Assembly: GCF_009914755.1 (NCBI RefSeq)
Contig: NC_060937.1
Strand: one strand, 5' to 3'
DNA from: the human T2T-CHM13v2.0 reference genome, Homo sapiens
Length of the DNA stretch: 64,000 bases
Part shown: positions 62,801 to 64,000 of the stretch, in pieces
Position numbering within the stretch: the first letter of the stretch is position 1
Layout of the letters: each line of letters opens with the position of its first letter
Position numbers and translations under genes: made by a program
The notes under the pieces: generated by a model
What the model saw: the letters and a program-made list of their open reading frames with translations, nothing else
The model's database searches: none
What the model was told of the DNA's origin: nothing

Positions 62801-64000
62801 TGTACATAAAATACCAAAGTACCCCAAATATATATTTTATACTGTACATGAAATATCAAAGTTCTCAAACTATATATTATATACTGCACATAAAATATCA
62901 AAGTACCCAAGGTATATATTCCATACTGTACAAAAAATATCAAAGTACCCAAAGCATATATTATATGCTGTACATAAAATATGAAAGTACATCAAATATA
63001 TATTTTATTCTGTACATAAAATATCAAAGTACACCAAATATATATTCTATACTGTACATAAAATATCAACGTACCCAAACTATACATTTTATACTGTACA
63101 TAAAATATGAAATTATATCAAATATATATTATATTAGGTACATAAAATATGAAAGTACATCAAATATAGATTATACACTGTACATAAAATATCAAAGTAC
63201 CCAAATATATATCATATACTGTACATGAAATATCAAAGTTCACAAACTATATATTATATACTGTACATAAAATATCAAAGTACCCAAACTATACATTATA
63301 TACTGAACATAAAAGATGAAATTACATAAAATATATATTATATTAGGTATGTAAAATATGAGAGTACATCAAATATAGATTATATACTGTACATAAAATA
63401 CCAAAGTACCCCAAATATATATTTTATACTGTACATGAAATATCAAAGTTCTCAAACTATATATTATATACTGCACATAAAATATCAAAGTACCCAAGGT
63501 ATATATTCCATACTGTACAAAAAATATCAAAGTACCCAAAGCATATATTATATGCTGTACATAAAATATGAAAGTACATCAAATATATATTTTATTCTGT
63601 ACATAAAATATCAAAGTACACCAAATATATATTCTATACTGTACATAAAATATCAACGTACCCAAACTATACATTATATACTGTACATAAAATATGAAAT
63701 TACATCAAATATATATTATATTAGGTACATAAAATATGAAAGTACATCAAATATAGATTATATACTGTACATAAAATATCAAAGTACCCAAATATATATC
63801 ATATACTGTACATGAAATATGAAAGTTCACAAACTATATATTATATACTGTACATAAAATATCAAAGTACCCAAACTATACATTATATACTGTACATAAA
63901 ATATGAAATTACATCAAATATATATTATATTAGGTATGTAAAATATGAAAGTACATCAAATATAAATTATACACTGTACATAAAATACCAAAGTACCCCA
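56860..64000 (+). repeat. Derived 587-bp higher-order repeat (14 monomers, one of them 41 bp), about 12 copies, running off the window end
   Basis: ORF ends 59119, 59706, 60880, 61467, 62054, 62641, 63228 and 63815 fall on a 587-bp grid. Monomer order is m5-1-2-3-4-5-6-7-8-9-1-2-3-4(-1 bp). Diagnostic variants: AGGTATGTAAAA, GTTCTCAAACT, TGCACAT, ATTCCATACTG, AGCATATATTATATGCTG, CCCAAATATATATCATAT. Confidence 0.93.

Larger units (their letters stand above)
1..64000 (+). repeat. Satellite 1A (HSat1A/SAR-type) tandem array, 42-bp monomer, head-to-tail, one orientation; continues beyond both window ends
   Basis: Continuous 42-bp periodicity, visible as a 14-aa periodicity in the ORF track. Monomer core is CTGTACATAAAATAT(C/G)AAAGTAC, with GTAC sites spaced 17 and 25 bp, matching the classical satellite I A/B RsaI subunits. 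Family assignment is from recognising the consensus, not from a database search. Confidence 0.95.

Noticed and set aside
79-63815. Dozens of + strand ORFs (up to 1,530 aa) as protein-coding genes
   Set aside because: They are the translation of a 42-bp (14-codon) satellite monomer. Starts and stops are set by random point variants and indels, there is no domain or non-repetitive sequence, and stop-containing units are amplified as readily as open ones.
1-64000. CRISPR-like pattern of a conserved ~23-bp core alternating with variable ~19-bp segments
   Set aside because: The variable parts are homologous to each other and recur in a fixed 9-unit cycle rather than being unique spacers. There is no leader and no cas genes.
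1-64000. Inversions or embedded Alu/L1/unique islands
   Set aside because: None seen. Every line read keeps the same A-rich-strand monomer orientation, and no GC-rich or non-satellite stretch appears.
1-64000. TATA-like motifs and TGTACA/TATATA palindromes as promoters or hairpin terminators
   Set aside because: They are intrinsic to the AT-rich monomer and occur more than a thousand times, with no positional evidence of function.
1-64000. CENP-B boxes or CpG-based regulatory elements
   Set aside because: This is not alpha satellite. The consensus has no CpG, and only sporadic variant CpGs occur (e.g. ATACGG, ACCGAAG, CAACGT).
1-64000. Assignment to a specific chromosome or species
   Set aside because: HSat1A arrays occur on several human chromosomes (3, 4 and acrocentric short arms) and related arrays exist in apes. 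An alignment to assemblies is required and could not be run.

Overview
The whole 64 kb window is one uninterrupted, single-orientation, very AT-rich tandem satellite. It is built from a 42-bp monomer (e.g. TACATAAAATATCAAAGTACCCAAACTATACATTATATACTG; two RsaI GTAC sites give 17+25-bp subunits), about 1,520 monomers in total. The monomers are organised as a 9-monomer, 378-bp higher-order repeat (HOR). This matches primate/human Satellite 1A (HSat1A/SAR, classical satellite I); species and chromosome cannot be fixed from the sequence alone. I see no genes, RNA genes, transposons or unique sequence, and all ORFs are artefacts of a 42-bp unit with one stop-free frame. The information lies in the nested architecture. 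A near-identical >=5.7-kb direct repeat at offset 24,056 bp brackets an indel-rich inner domain with 751-bp and 377-bp local periods, a 3,754-bp-offset duplication and a shuffled mosaic segment. Further duplications occur at 1,134, 1,512, 1,846, 1,890, 4,410, 6,426 and 13,817 bp. At ~56.86 kb the array switches abruptly to a derived 14-monomer, 587-bp HOR with its own diagnostic variants and super-repeats. The most notable functional hypothesis is that a + strand transcript would carry about six Pumilio response elements (UGUANAUA) per 378 nt.
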